A DNA stretch of 64,000 nucleotides from Chloroflexota bacterium (GTDB taxonomy: Bacteria; Chloroflexota; Anaerolineae; UBA1429). Of this stretch, positions 38,840 through 49,221 are shown piece by piece. The notes under the pieces were generated by a model. The model worked only from the letters and a program-made list of their open reading frames with translations, was not told the origin of the DNA and did no database searches. The translations under genes were made by a program, and so were the position numbers. How positions within the stretch are numbered: position 1 is the first letter of the stretch; each line of letters opens with the position of its first letter. The DNA is taken from assembly GCA_012719135.1 (NCBI GenBank), contig JAAYAW010000003.1, positions 819 through 64,818 on the forward strand, read 5' to 3'.

Positions 38840-38943
38840 ACAAAGCCAGCATTGCGCGACCCAGCGCCCCCGGAGGCTGTGGGCGTCCGGAGCGGTGGGT
38901 CGTGTTTTGCCGATAGAAGATTCTGAGCTTATGGGAGGTTCCA

Positions 38944-39156
38944 GTGCCGAAGATGAAGACCCACAAGGGCACCGCTAAGCGATTCAAGCTAACCGGTTCC
39001 GGCAAATTGATGCGTACCAGAAACGAAAAGCGCCACCTGCGCCGTAACCGTAGTGGCCGGTCCAAGCGGGCCGCTTGGACCATGGTCGAGGTTGAGCCCG
39101 CTGCCGAGCGCACGCGGGTGATGCGCTGCGCTCCGTATCTGGGAAAGCACAGCTAG
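38944..39156 (+). CDS. rpmI: 50S ribosomal protein L35
   Basis: MPKMKTHKGTAKRFKLTGSGK. Confidence 0.96.
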   Translation: MPKMKTHKGTAKRFKLTGSGKLMRTRNEKRHLRRNRSGRSKRAAWTMVEVEPAAERTRVMRCAPYLGKHS

Positions 39157-39188
39157 CCGCGCCACCGAGTATTCAGAGGAAGTGAACT

Positions 39189-39548
39189 ATGCCTAGAGTC
39201 AAGCGTGGCGTGACGCAGTCAAACCGCCGCAAGAAGGTACTGAGCCAGACCAAGGGACAATATGGCAGCAAGAGCAAGTTGCTGCGCCGGGCCAACGAGG
39301 CGTTGCTCAAGTCGCTGTCCTACCAGACGCGGGACCGTCACAACCGCAAGCGCGATATGCGCCGTCTGTGGATCCAGCGCATCAATGCCGGCGCCCGGCT
39401 CAATGGGGTCAGCTACAGCCGGTTCGTGAACGGCCTGCGGGCTGCCAATATCGAAGTGAATCGCAAGATGCTGGCCGATCTGGCCGTGCAGGATCCGGCC
39501 GGATTTACCCGGCTTGTCGAGGTATCCCAGCAGGCACTGACCGTCTAG
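39189..39548 (+). CDS. rplT: 50S ribosomal protein L20
   Basis: MPRVKRG, RKRDMRRLWIQRINA, NRKMLADLA. Confidence 0.97.
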   Translation: MPRVKRGVTQSNRRKKVLSQTKGQYGSKSKLLRRANEALLKSLSYQTRDRHNRKRDMRRLWIQRINAGARLNGVSYSRFVNGLRAANIEVNRKMLADLAVQDPAGFTRLVEVSQQALTV

Positions 39549-39571
39549 TCGCGAGTGGGCGGAGGTAAGGC

Positions 39572-40378
39572 ATGCCCGTTGTGGGCGCGATCACCAGCCT
39601 CCATAACCCGCAGATCCGTGCGATCGCACGACTGAAAAGCAAAAAGCGGGACCGGTACCGCGAGCAGCGTTTCCTTGGGGAGGGCCAACGCCTGATCCGC
39701 CATGCGCTCACTCGTGGTCATCGGCCCGCTTTTGCCTTTTACACCGCCGATTACGCGGCCGGCGTGGAAGGGGCAGCGCTGGTGAGCGATCTGCTCGGTG
39801 AGGGGGTCCCTCTCTGGGAGGTCACGCCGGACGTGATGGCGGCGCTGGCCGATACACTCACGCCACAGGGGATCGTCGCGGTGTTCCCGATGCCGGCTGC
39901 GCGCACGGAGCAGGCGCAAACGGCCCGGCTGCTGCTGATTCTGGATGCGCTGCGCACCCCAGGTAACGTGGGCACCATTCTGCGCACGGCGCAGGCTACC
40001 GGCGTGAATGCCGTGATTTGCGCGCCCGGCACGGTGGATCCCTTCAGTCCCAAGGTGGTGCGCAGCGGCATGGGCGCGCACTTTGATCTGCCGCTGCTGG
40101 TCGATGTCCAGTGGGAGTCGATTGCCGCCCTGGTGGAAGGCCGGCACGTCTGGGCAGCCACCGCCGAGGGCCAGACGCTGCTGTGGGAAGCTGACCTCTC
40201 CGGCTGTATTGCGCTGGTCATCGGGAGCGAGGCCCATGGTCTGGGGCCCGAGGCGCGTGCTCTGGCGCAGGCCTTCATCCGCATCCCCATGGTGGAGACC
40301 GCCGAGTCACTCAACGCCGCTGTCGCGGCCTCCGCACTGCTCTTTGAAGCCCAGCGGCAACGCTGGCAGCAAGGCTAA
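39572..40378 (+). CDS. TrmH/SpoU family RNA methyltransferase
   Basis: ITSLHNP, PGNVGTILRTA, IGSEAHG, ESLNAAVA. Confidence 0.92.
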   Translation: MPVVGAITSLHNPQIRAIARLKSKKRDRYREQRFLGEGQRLIRHALTRGHRPAFAFYTADYAAGVEGAALVSDLLGEGVPLWEVTPDVMAALADTLTPQGIVAVFPMPAARTEQAQTARLLLILDALRTPGNVGTILRTAQATGVNAVICAPGTVDPFSPKVVRSGMGAHFDLPLLVDVQWESIAALVEGRHVWAATAEGQTLLWEADLSGCIALVIGSEAHGLGPEARALAQAFIRIPMVETAESLNAAVAASALLFEAQRQRWQQG

Positions 40379-40848
40379 GCTGTCCTCAACAGTTCGATCA
40401 CCATACTCAGAGCGCGCCGGGCGGAGCTGAGCTTGTTGATCTCCCGGTTGTGAGGCCAGATGTGGTGTTCCACGCCCTCTCCCAGCGGGCTGCTCAATCC
40501 GATATACACCGTACCCACCGGCTTGCCGGCGGTCGCCCCGGTGGGGCCAGCGATGCCCGTGACGCTGAGGCCGATCTCGGTGTTCATCATGTCCCGGATG
40601 GACCGGGCCATCGTGCGGGCAACGGGCGCGCTCACCGCGCCGTGAGCCGCGAGATCGGCAGGGCTGACACCCAGCATCCCCTCCTTCACCTCGTTGGCAT
40701 AGGCGATCACACCACCGGGATAGTACGCCGAGCTTCCCGATACCTCAGTGATCAGGTGGCCGATCAGCCCTCCGGTGCAGGATTCGGCGGTGGCCAGTCG
40801 CCAGCCTCTCTCAATGAGCAAGCGGCCCACTTCACTGGCGCGCTCCAT
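40375..40848 (-). CDS. CinA C-terminal / nicotinamide-nucleotide amidohydrolase (PncC) family
   Basis: ATAESCTGG, GSS, HGAVS, TGIAGP, KPVGTV. Confidence 0.92.
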   Translation of the reverse strand: MERASEVGRLLIERGWRLATAESCTGGLIGHLITEVSGSSAYYPGGVIAYANEVKEGMLGVSPADLAAHGAVSAPVARTMARSIRDMMNTEIGLSVTGIAGPTGATAGKPVGTVYIGLSSPLGEGVEHHIWPHNREINKLSSARRALSMVIELLRTA

Positions 40849-40937
40849 GTCCTCACGTCCTGTCAACGGACCTCCTCATACGACGGAATCGGCAACGAGT
40901 ATACCATCGCTCCGCATCCGAGCAGCAGGGGACGGCG

Positions 40938-41909
40938 TCAGCGCAGGGGTTCCAGCAGGGCCCCGATCTCGGCCATTTGGCCGGCGTCCAGGCGCCACTC
41001 GGCTGCCCGGGCGTTGGCTGTGATCTGATCGGGCGTGCTGGCGCCCGTGATGACGCAGGGGATTTCTGCGTGGGCCAAGAGCCAGGCAATCGCGAGTTCC
41101 GCCAGGGTGTGGCCACGCGTTCCGGCCCAGGCATCCAGGCGCCTCAGAACAGCATAGCCTTCGGCTGTGGCGTAGCGCGCCAGATAGCGCCGCGTGCGAT
41201 CAAAGGCGGCTGCCCGGCTGCCGGCCGGCGGGGCGCTTCCTTCCGGATACCGGCCGGCCAACAGCCCGTTGGCCAGCGGAAAGTAGGGCAGCAGCCCGAC
41301 GCGCATCTCCCGGCAGAATGGCAACAACTCGCTCTCGGCCTCGCGCTCCAGCAGGTTGTAGTGTGCCTGTGTGGTTACCAGAGGGGCCCAGCCATGCCAC
41401 TGAGCCAGGTCGTTGCAGTGGCAGATCTGCCAGGCGGCATAGTTCGAGGCTCCCACATAGCGGACCTTTCCAGAGGAGACCATGTCGTCCAGCGTTCGCA
41501 TGGTTTCCTCTGGGGACGTGGTGAGGTCGTAGCGGTGGATCTGATAGAGATCGATGTGGTCGGTTCGTAGCCGTCGCAGGCTCCCCTCCAGGGCTTGCAT
41601 CAGGTGCCCCCGGGATGCGCCCCAATCGTTGGGCCCCGGGCCCGTGGCTTGGCAGCCCTTGGACCCCAGCACCACGCGGTGCCGGATCCCCTCCAGGCAG
41701 TCGCCGAGGAACTCCTCCGAGGCGGACGTGCCGCGGTACCAGGTGCCGTAGATGTCCGCCGTATCGATGTAGGTGATGCCGGCATCCAGCGCGGCCCACA
41801 CGATCCGGGATGCCTCCGGCCGGTCGACGCGGCCGCCCCACTGGCCCCCCGTACCGAGGCCGACCTCGGAAACGCGTATCCCGGCTCGCCCCAGTTGTCT
41901 CTGCTCCAT
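40938..41909 (-). CDS. Aldo/keto reductase
   Basis: DTADIYG, SLRRLRTDHIDLYQIH, GASNY, YNLLER. Confidence 0.92.
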   Translation of the reverse strand: MEQRQLGRAGIRVSEVGLGTGGQWGGRVDRPEASRIVWAALDAGITYIDTADIYGTWYRGTSASEEFLGDCLEGIRHRVVLGSKGCQATGPGPNDWGASRGHLMQALEGSLRRLRTDHIDLYQIHRYDLTTSPEETMRTLDDMVSSGKVRYVGASNYAAWQICHCNDLAQWHGWAPLVTTQAHYNLLEREAESELLPFCREMRVGLLPYFPLANGLLAGRYPEGSAPPAGSRAAAFDRTRRYLARYATAEGYAVLRRLDAWAGTRGHTLAELAIAWLLAHAEIPCVITGASTPDQITANARAAEWRLDAGQMAEIGALLEPLR

Positions 41910-42043
41910 CCTGCACCTCCCTGGATGAAGCGGATCGTATCGCCGTAGGGAGGCGCCGTCAATGGAGCGCGGCACGCTTGAGAAGCCGCTACGGCTCTGC
42001 TACACTCTTGCCTGAGGGCGTACGCGTACACAAGGACGGCCGC

Positions 42044-43114
42044 ATGAGCCCAACGGAATCGATCGCCAGCCCGTATGTCGCCGCGCGAGCGCAGGCCATT
42101 GCCGCCTATCTGCGCGCCTGGGCCTACGAGGTGCTTGCGGAGGCGCCGCCCACTCACCCGGCCCTCCCGCCGCGCCTCGCCTATGTCGATCTCTATGGCG
42201 GCGCCAGCCGCCGGGCGGCCAATAGCCGGGCCGTCCTCGCGGCTGTGGCGAGCACAGCGGGCGAGGATCCCATCCTGCGGTCAGAGCTGGGCCTCATCGT
42301 GCATACGCCCGGGCCGCAGGATCCCGACATCGACGCTGCCGTGCGTTCGGCGCTGGAACCCTCGGAGGGGCTTATCCACCGGACAGAGTTCATCGGCCAG
42401 CACCCCTGGGCGCGAATCGATTCCCGCCTGGACGCGATACGCCCCCTCGCCACGGTGGCCCATGTGGATCCGGGAGGCTACGCCGGGCTCGGCGCCGGCG
42501 ACGTCTGGCGGTGCCTTCGCCGCCCTCAGGTCGAGCTGTTTCTGACCCTGCGCTATCCTCTCATCAACATGGGCGCTTCCAACCCGGGTGTTGCCCGTCA
42601 CCTGGATGCCTTCTGGGGAGAGCGTCGTGCGTCGAGCCTGCGCACGGCGCTGTACGGCCTCAGCCCTCAGGCGCGCCTGGAGCGGATCACGGAGGCCTGC
42701 ATCGACCGCCTGCGAGAGCGAGGAGCCGAGCACGTGCTCGTCTTCCGGCTGAGCGATGGGCACCGCTGCCAGGAGCTCCTGCTGCACGCCAGCCGCGAGT
42801 TGGCTCCCTACACCCGGGCCAAGGAGGTGCTGGCGCGCCATTCCACGGGCGAAAACCAGGGCGTGCCGGATTATTCCTGGGATCCGGTCGCAGCACGGTA
42901 CGACCACAGCCTGCCGATCACCCGTGCTCTCGATGCGCTGGCCGATGAGCTGGGGCGCACACTGGCCAACCAGGTGGTCACGCCGGAGGAGGTCCATCGC
43001 CGGCACCATGTGGGGCGCCCGTATGTGCTCCAGAACTACCGGGACGCTCTGGAGCAGTTGGCGGCCCAGGGGCGGGCCCTCCGGCTGGGTGCGCGCCTGC
43101 GCATTCTACGCTGA
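42044..43114 (+). CDS. Three-Cys-motif partner protein (TcmP)-like, divergent
   Basis: YLRAWA, LAYVDLYGG, VDPGGYAGL, INMG.SN..V..HLDA, C-terminal HHVGRPY..NY.DAL..L. Confidence 0.6.
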   Translation: MSPTESIASPYVAARAQAIAAYLRAWAYEVLAEAPPTHPALPPRLAYVDLYGGASRRAANSRAVLAAVASTAGEDPILRSELGLIVHTPGPQDPDIDAAVRSALEPSEGLIHRTEFIGQHPWARIDSRLDAIRPLATVAHVDPGGYAGLGAGDVWRCLRRPQVELFLTLRYPLINMGASNPGVARHLDAFWGERRASSLRTALYGLSPQARLERITEACIDRLRERGAEHVLVFRLSDGHRCQELLLHASRELAPYTRAKEVLARHSTGENQGVPDYSWDPVAARYDHSLPITRALDALADELGRTLANQVVTPEEVHRRHHVGRPYVLQNYRDALEQLAAQGRALRLGARLRILR

Positions 43115-43116
43115 CC

Positions 43117-45720
43117 TCAGTCCGAGTACAGCGTGAGGCTCTCGCCCTCGGAGAGCGCCACGGGCTCATCCCAGCGCACCCGGGTCTCCTCGCCCACGAT
43201 CTCGACCTGGATCGAGATCTCCCGTTCGCCGGCGCGGCCTCGCGAGAGGGGGCGGGCGAGCGGCCCCAGGTTCAGCCCGTTCAGCGTGATGTGCCCGTAT
43301 TCCACGTGCAGGCTCAGCCGCACGCCATCCCCCATATGCTGCTCGTAGGCGCCCCAGGCCCCCTCGGCGGACCAGAAGCAGCGGAAAGCCTCTAGCGAAA
43401 GCCTTGGAGCAAAGCCCAGCGTCCCGGCGACCAGGTCGTAGCTGTACCCGGAAAGGGCGGTGAGGAGCGACCAGGAGGCCATGGAGCGGGCATAGTGGCT
43501 GCCGCATTCGAACTCGTTCCACGGGTTTCGCCGGCGCCCGTCGTGGCGGTTGCGCGTCCCCAGCACAATCGCCAGCCCGCGCTCCACCTCTCCCTCATAG
43601 ATCAGGTGGGCAGCCACCTGGTACTCTATGCCGCACCATACTTCGTCCGAGTAGACAAAGGGGAGTACTGGGCGCCCGCCCCGTGGCCACGAACAGATCA
43701 ACAGCCCCTGCTCATCGTTGAGGGCGTAGATGCGCTGCGGATTGGCGTGCTCCCACAGATCCGAGCGCCAGTTGTGCTCAAAGATAGCCTTGAGAGCCGT
43801 GCGAACGTGGTCCGGCTCCAGCACGTATCCGAGGCCGACGAGGTGAGCGAACCACTGCCCGATCAGGTGATCGGAGAGGCAGCCATCGGCATACTGGTAT
43901 TTGCGCGCCATCTCAGGCTCGCACTGTTGGATATAGTACTCCCCGTTGAACAGTGTGGCTTCCGTGCGGGCGCGCCCCGATTCGTATACGCGCCGGTATA
44001 GGGCGGCGGACTCGTCGTCCCCGAGGTGCCGCGCCATCTCTTCGGCCGCGCGCAGCGCGCCGAGGTAAAAGGTCCCCATCATGGTGTTCGCGCCATAGAA
44101 CTCGATGTCATAGGTGTTGTGCTGGATCCCGGTCATGACGCCGTCACCATCCGGGTCCCACTGGGACCAGGCGTATTCCAGAGCGCGCTTGGCACAGGGC
44201 CAGAGCTCTCGCAGGTAGGCGTCATCGCCGCAGAGTTTCCAATCCCGGTACAGCTTGAGCAGGCCGCCCATCTGGCCGTCAGCGGCGGGGTGGAACGTCG
44301 CGGGCGGGCTGCCCAACGGCAGTTGCAGCCGGAACCCCATGGATCCATCGGTATTTAGGTTGTAGCGATAGTCCGCCCGGCGCATGGAGCGCTCCAGCGC
44401 CGGAAAGAGGAACGCCTGGGTCTGGGCATAGTTCCAGACGTGCGTACAGGTTCCCTCGCAGCAGCCGGCATTGCCGTGGCAGCCCTCAAAGCCGTATAAA
44501 GTTCCATCGGGAAGGCGCAGGACGGTGGGAGAGTGCAGGATCGATGCCTGGCTGGAGATGGCATCCAGCACCACGGCCGGCAGGGTGGAGGAGAAGAGCG
44601 TGTCATGAAAGCGACGCGTGTCCCGGTACAGCCGCTCCCTGTGGAGGGCCCAGTAGCGCGCCACCGCCAGGGCATCCGGCCAGAGCGTCGCATAGTGATT
44701 GAGCCAGGTCGGTGCCTCGTCCTCGCGCAGGTCGGCCGCTTCACCCCAGTACTTGACGTAATTCGGTAGGTGCCAGGCGATCACAAAGGGGATCAGCGTG
44801 CTCTCTCCGGGCTCCAGCCTCTGGCGTACGCCCAGCGTGCCCACGTCGGTTTGGCCCTCCGGCGAGGGGGGATAGGCGCGCGGAGCCAGTTGGCCGTCAC
44901 GCGAAAAGTGATCCCAGTAGTCATGGAACATGTCATACCAATCGCCGCGCAGCCAGGCGGCCTGGCACCAGGCGCCCGTCGCCGGCGTGGCCAGAGCCAG
45001 AGAGCCGTAGCGGGGATGGCCCGGCCGATAGCGCTGGCTGGTCAGGCTCAGGGCCATCAGGGAACCATCCTGCACCAGGGTGTTGAGGTTCTGCCCGCGC
45101 CCCTCGCGCAGCCGGCGGCCGCTCAGCGAGCCCTTGTGATCATAGCCCAGCGGGTTGGCCAGGTTCCCGGCCACAGAGATCTCCACGGGCCTTTCGCTCG
45201 TATTGTGGAGGTGGTACTGCAGCACCGCCACGGGCAGGCTGGAGTCGTCGGCATTGGTTGGGATGAACGGGCTGTACGCCTCCAGTGTGACCTCAACCGG
45301 CATCTGCGGATCCTCAAAGCGAACCCACGCCAGCGGGAACTCGCCGCGAAAGGTGACGGAATGCATGTGGGGCAGGCCGGTTCCATGCTCGCGATCCACG
45401 CCGAACCCGATGCCGCTGTACTCCCCCCAGCCGGAACCGTCATAGGGCGGCTCCGGCGGCGCTTCCAGCACCCGGGTAACGGGCTCGCAGCCCTCCGCGC
45501 GTGCCCAGAGGGCGAAGAAAGCATAGGGCACGGCCATGCCTTTATTGGGACGGTTAAAGATCTCCCAATCTACCAGCGCACCGCGTCCCGAAAGCGAGAC
45601 GCAACCCGCTCCGACGCCACCGAGGGGAAAGGCTATGCGGCTCAGACGATCACCGCGATAGGTGAGCGCCTCTGCCCGGCGGTAGAGAGCCTCTTTGGGA
45701 AAGAAGGATGCCACGGCCAT
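43117..45720 (-). CDS. GH116 family glycoside hydrolase
   Basis: FPLGGVGAG, WEIFN, SPFIP, GFEGC, CTHVWNY, ADGQMG, HNTYD, YSDEVWCGIEY, NEFECGSHYAR; ATG after AAGGAGGAG. Confidence 0.92.
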   Translation of the reverse strand: MAVASFFPKEALYRRAEALTYRGDRLSRIAFPLGGVGAGCVSLSGRGALVDWEIFNRPNKGMAVPYAFFALWARAEGCEPVTRVLEAPPEPPYDGSGWGEYSGIGFGVDREHGTGLPHMHSVTFRGEFPLAWVRFEDPQMPVEVTLEAYSPFIPTNADDSSLPVAVLQYHLHNTSERPVEISVAGNLANPLGYDHKGSLSGRRLREGRGQNLNTLVQDGSLMALSLTSQRYRPGHPRYGSLALATPATGAWCQAAWLRGDWYDMFHDYWDHFSRDGQLAPRAYPPSPEGQTDVGTLGVRQRLEPGESTLIPFVIAWHLPNYVKYWGEAADLREDEAPTWLNHYATLWPDALAVARYWALHRERLYRDTRRFHDTLFSSTLPAVVLDAISSQASILHSPTVLRLPDGTLYGFEGCHGNAGCCEGTCTHVWNYAQTQAFLFPALERSMRRADYRYNLNTDGSMGFRLQLPLGSPPATFHPAADGQMGGLLKLYRDWKLCGDDAYLRELWPCAKRALEYAWSQWDPDGDGVMTGIQHNTYDIEFYGANTMMGTFYLGALRAAEEMARHLGDDESAALYRRVYESGRARTEATLFNGEYYIQQCEPEMARKYQYADGCLSDHLIGQWFAHLVGLGYVLEPDHVRTALKAIFEHNWRSDLWEHANPQRIYALNDEQGLLICSWPRGGRPVLPFVYSDEVWCGIEYQVAAHLIYEGEVERGLAIVLGTRNRHDGRRRNPWNEFECGSHYARSMASWSLLTALSGYSYDLVAGTLGFAPRLSLEAFRCFWSAEGAWGAYEQHMGDGVRLSLHVEYGHITLNGLNLGPLARPLSRGRAGEREISIQVEIVGEETRVRWDEPVALSEGESLTLYSD

Positions 45721-45879
45721 GTCTCCTCCCTTGTGTCGGCGCCAACTCGAGCGGACCGCGCTCATCATGTCGCCAGCCCGGGGCAGTGTCAAGAGGTTTG
45801 GCGCAGTGGCGTGCTGGAGTAGAATGAATGGATTCCGCACGCAACGTTGGCATCCGGGGCTCACCACAGGAGGTGACGT

Positions 45880-46623
45880 GTGGCCAACAGATCGTTCATG
45901 GCAATCGCTCACCGGGGCGCTTCCAGCTATGCGCCGGAGAACACGCTGCCGGCCTTCGACCTCGCCCTGAAGATGGGGGCGAGCCACATCGAGCTTGATG
46001 TGCACCTCACCACGGACGGGGAGGTGGTGGTTATTCATGACGACGCGCTGGATCGCACCTCCGATGGGCACGGGCCCGTCTCGGGCTGCTCTCTGGCCGA
46101 GATCAAAGGCCTGGATGCCGGCCGGTGGTTCGGTGGCCCATTTGCCGAGCATGGCGCCGAGCCCTTCAGGATCCCCACGCTGGCTGAGGTTCTCATTCGA
46201 TACGGGGGCCGCGCTCACCTGCACATCGAGATCAAGGAGACCACCGCGGCGCTCGTGCCCGCCACGGTCGCGCTGATTCGGGAGTCTGGCCTTCAGCAGC
46301 ACGTCACGCTCACCTCCTTTCATCTGCAGGCCCTGGTGGAAGCGCGCCAGATCGCGCCAGAACTGGAGGCCGGGTGGCTCGTGGCCGCGCCAACCGAGGA
46401 GATCGTCTCGCGAGCCCTCGCCCTTGGCCTGGCTCAGATCTGCCCCCGAGCGGACCAGGTAACGGCGGAAGCCGTGCGTGCGCTGCACGCCCGCGGCCTT
46501 GTGGTGAGAGCCTGGGGCGTGAGCGATGAGGCCTTGATGCGCCGTGCCGTAGAGGCCGGCGTGGACGGCATGACGGTCAACTTCCCGGACGTGCTCCTGG
46601 CCTACCTTCGGGAGCGTGGCTGA
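45880..46623 (+). CDS. Glycerophosphodiester phosphodiesterase
   Basis: IAHRGAS..APENT, IELDV, HD, RIPTL.E, IEIK. Confidence 0.92.
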   Translation: MANRSFMAIAHRGASSYAPENTLPAFDLALKMGASHIELDVHLTTDGEVVVIHDDALDRTSDGHGPVSGCSLAEIKGLDAGRWFGGPFAEHGAEPFRIPTLAEVLIRYGGRAHLHIEIKETTAALVPATVALIRESGLQQHVTLTSFHLQALVEARQIAPELEAGWLVAAPTEEIVSRALALGLAQICPRADQVTAEAVRALHARGLVVRAWGVSDEALMRRAVEAGVDGMTVNFPDVLLAYLRERG

Positions 46624-46672
46624 GTGCGGCTCCGGACGGCGCTCGATACCGCCCGCTTCTTCTGGGAGGCCG

Positions 46673-47305
46673 ATGCCTGAGGGATCTGTGTTGCTGTTGT
46701 TCGCCGGCGCGGCCTTGGTGCTGTTTCTGATCCCGGGGCCGGTGGTGCTCTACACCCTGGCTCGCACCGTAGCACAGGGCCGCGCCGCGGGGCTCGCCTC
46801 CGTGCTGGCTGCGGCGGTCGGCGATTTCGTGCATGCTCTGGGGGCGACGCTGGGGCTCGCCGCGATCCTGGCTTCGTCCCCTGTGGCCTTTCAGGTGGTG
46901 CGCTATGCTGGCGCGGGTTATCTGGCCTATCTTGGCGTTCGCACCCTGCTAGCACGGGCCGCTCACGCCGGACAGCCTTCGCTGGAGGCGCAGCCGCTGA
47001 AGCGTGTATTCGGCCAGGGAGTGCTGGTGGCCGTGCTGAACCCCAAGACGGCTCTGTTCTTTCTGGCCTTTCTGCCCCAGTTACTGCGGCCGCAGCGTGG
47101 CCCGATCGCGCTCCAGAGTCTGGTGCTCGGTTTGCTCTTTGTGGTCATGGGCATGGTGATGAACACGCTCTGGGTCCTCGGCGCGAGCGCAGTTACCCGT
47201 CTGCTGGCCGGGAGCGGCCGCATAAGCGGCGTGGGGCGTTACCTTTCAGCGGGCGTCTATCTGGCTCTCGGGCTTGCGGCCGTGTTCGGGGGGGAGGGTG
47301 GCTAA
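46673..47305 (+). CDS. LysE/RhtB family translocator
   Basis: IPGP, GAGYLAYLG, LNPKTALFFLAFLPQ. Confidence 0.92.
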   Translation: MPEGSVLLLFAGAALVLFLIPGPVVLYTLARTVAQGRAAGLASVLAAAVGDFVHALGATLGLAAILASSPVAFQVVRYAGAGYLAYLGVRTLLARAAHAGQPSLEAQPLKRVFGQGVLVAVLNPKTALFFLAFLPQLLRPQRGPIALQSLVLGLLFVVMGMVMNTLWVLGASAVTRLLAGSGRISGVGRYLSAGVYLALGLAAVFGGEGG

Positions 47306-47447
47306 CCCTCCGGATCTCCGGTGCGGGGTTAGCCTGTCCAGGGCAGGCTAGGCGCAACCCTACAGGCGCCAGCGGTGCCATACTAATAGCGTGCAGTCGG
47401 CACGCGGAGAGCGGCCGGCGTGATTCTTGTGAGAGAGGCGGCGTAAT

Positions 47448-48317
47448 ATGCAGATCGTTACCGATAGCGGGACAGACGTACAACTCTCGCTGGCCGAGAG
47501 GGCTGCGTTGAACATTTACACGGTTCCTCTGGTGGTGTCGCTCAATGGCGCATCCTATCGAGAGGGGCTCGATATCGAGCCGCAGGTGTTCTACCGGGAG
47601 CTGGCCGCGACGGGCTCGCTGCCCATCACCTCGCAGCCCTCTCCTGGCGCCCTCGCAGAGGTCTACCGCGATCTGGCCAGGAAGGATCCGGACATCCTCT
47701 CGATACACATCTCCTCCGGCCTGAGCGGGACTGTGAATTCGGCGAGGGCCGCCGCGGCCATGGTTCCCGAGGCGCGCGTCACCGTGGTGGACACCAAGAC
47801 GCTCTCTGCGGCCTCCGGGTGGCAGGTGGAGGCCGCCGCGCGGGCTGCCCGAGCAGGGTGGTCGCTGGAACGGATCCTGGCGCTCACCGCCGAAATCAGC
47901 GCCGCCTCTGATAGCCTCTACACCCTGCGTGAGCTGCGCTATCTGATCCATGGCGGGCGCATCGGCCACATGAAGGGCCTTTTGGCGCAGCTGCTGAACA
48001 TCAAACCCATCATCGGGGTTGAGAAGGAGGGCGGCACCTACGTTCAGAGAGGGCAAGCCCGCTCGATCGTCGGAGCCATGGGGGGGCTGGTGAAGTTGAT
48101 CGAGCGCCAGCATGGCGCAGGCGCCCGGCTGCGGGTGCAGGTGATGCACTCGGCGGATCCGGAAGGCGCCCGTGCCCTGCGTGAAGCCGTCGCCGAGCGT
48201 TTCTCTTGCGTGTTTGCTCCGGATGGAGTACTTTCACTGGTGCTCGGTGCGCATACGGGGCCTTCGCTCGTGGCCGTTGCCTTTGCGTCGGCGGATGTGT
48301 GGTCGGCGGTGCCCTAG
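47448..48317 (+). CDS. DegV family fatty-acid-binding protein
   Basis: IVTDS, TSQPS, ISSGLSGT, GGRIG, LNIKP, AHTGP. Confidence 0.93.
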   Translation: MQIVTDSGTDVQLSLAERAALNIYTVPLVVSLNGASYREGLDIEPQVFYRELAATGSLPITSQPSPGALAEVYRDLARKDPDILSIHISSGLSGTVNSARAAAAMVPEARVTVVDTKTLSAASGWQVEAAARAARAGWSLERILALTAEISAASDSLYTLRELRYLIHGGRIGHMKGLLAQLLNIKPIIGVEKEGGTYVQRGQARSIVGAMGGLVKLIERQHGAGARLRVQVMHSADPEGARALREAVAERFSCVFAPDGVLSLVLGAHTGPSLVAVAFASADVWSAVP

Positions 48318-48347
48318 GGTATGAGGCCGGCCGGAAAGGAAGCAACG

Positions 48348-49016
48348 ATGCTGCTTTGGGCCGCCAAACAACTGGTGCAACCGATGATCTTGGCCTTGGT
48401 GCTCTTTGGTGGGGCGGGCACCTTCCAATGGCCGGCTGGCTGGCTCCTGTGGGGCTTTTTTGTCGCTCTGCAGGTCTCCATCGACGTGATCCTTGCTCGT
48501 CACAGCCCGGACCTGGTCGCGGAGCGCTCACGTGCGGTAGAGGGCCACAAGACGTGGGACATCCCCTACGCGCTGGCTATGGCCTTTGGTCCCTTCCTGG
48601 CCGTGCTGGCGGCGGCGCTCTCATATCGGGCCGGCGCACTCCCCGCCCCGGTGCTTTGGCGCCAGCTCAGCGCCCTCTTCCTGATGGCCGCCGGCTCCGC
48701 GTTCACGCTCTGGGCCACGCTGGTCAACCGGTTCTTCTCCGGAGTTGTGCGCATCCAGACGGACCGCGGCCACAAGGTGGTCAGCACGGGCCCGTACAGC
48801 TGGGTGCGCCATCCGGGATACCTGGGCGCGATCGTCTACTTCGCTGGGATTCCGCTGTACTTTTGGTCTCTATGGGCTTTGGCGGTGGTCCTGATGATTC
48901 TGGTCTCTGCTGTAGTGCGCACACGGCGGGAGGACGAGACGCTGCAGCAGGAACTGCCGGGGTACGCCGAATACGCTCTACGTACGCGGTTCCGCCTGCT
49001 CCCTGGCATCTGGTAG
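48348..49016 (+). CDS. Isoprenylcysteine carboxyl methyltransferase family membrane protein
   Basis: NRFFS..VRIQ, GPY..VRHPGY, EDETL..ELPGY. Confidence 0.88.
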   Translation: MLLWAAKQLVQPMILALVLFGGAGTFQWPAGWLLWGFFVALQVSIDVILARHSPDLVAERSRAVEGHKTWDIPYALAMAFGPFLAVLAAALSYRAGALPAPVLWRQLSALFLMAAGSAFTLWATLVNRFFSGVVRIQTDRGHKVVSTGPYSWVRHPGYLGAIVYFAGIPLYFWSLWALAVVLMILVSAVVRTRREDETLQQELPGYAEYALRTRFRLLPGIW

Positions 49017-49221
49017 GCCCGGGGCGCCACGCACGCCCGGCAGAGTGACCACCACGCCGTGGGTTGCTCTCCTGCAGGGCGCCGGCCGCGGCGGCAGGCG
49101 CGCGACCATGTCCTCCGCCGGAGCTCTGCCCCGTGATGAATGCAGCCTCGCTGTGCACCCTCCCCCTTCGCCACACGGCTCTACGGCCGCGAGCCAGCAC
49201 CATCATGCCTGGAGGTCGTCC

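Noticed and set aside
21628..41909. Four aldo/keto reductases as one system
   Set aside because: They belong to different subfamilies, are dispersed and differently oriented; AKR expansion is common in sugar-fermenting bacteria
43117..46488. 1123-aa ORF suggesting a giant GH116 fusion
   Set aside because: The first ~256 codons are mostly the antisense of the GDPD gene; GH116 has its own RBS and ATG at 45720
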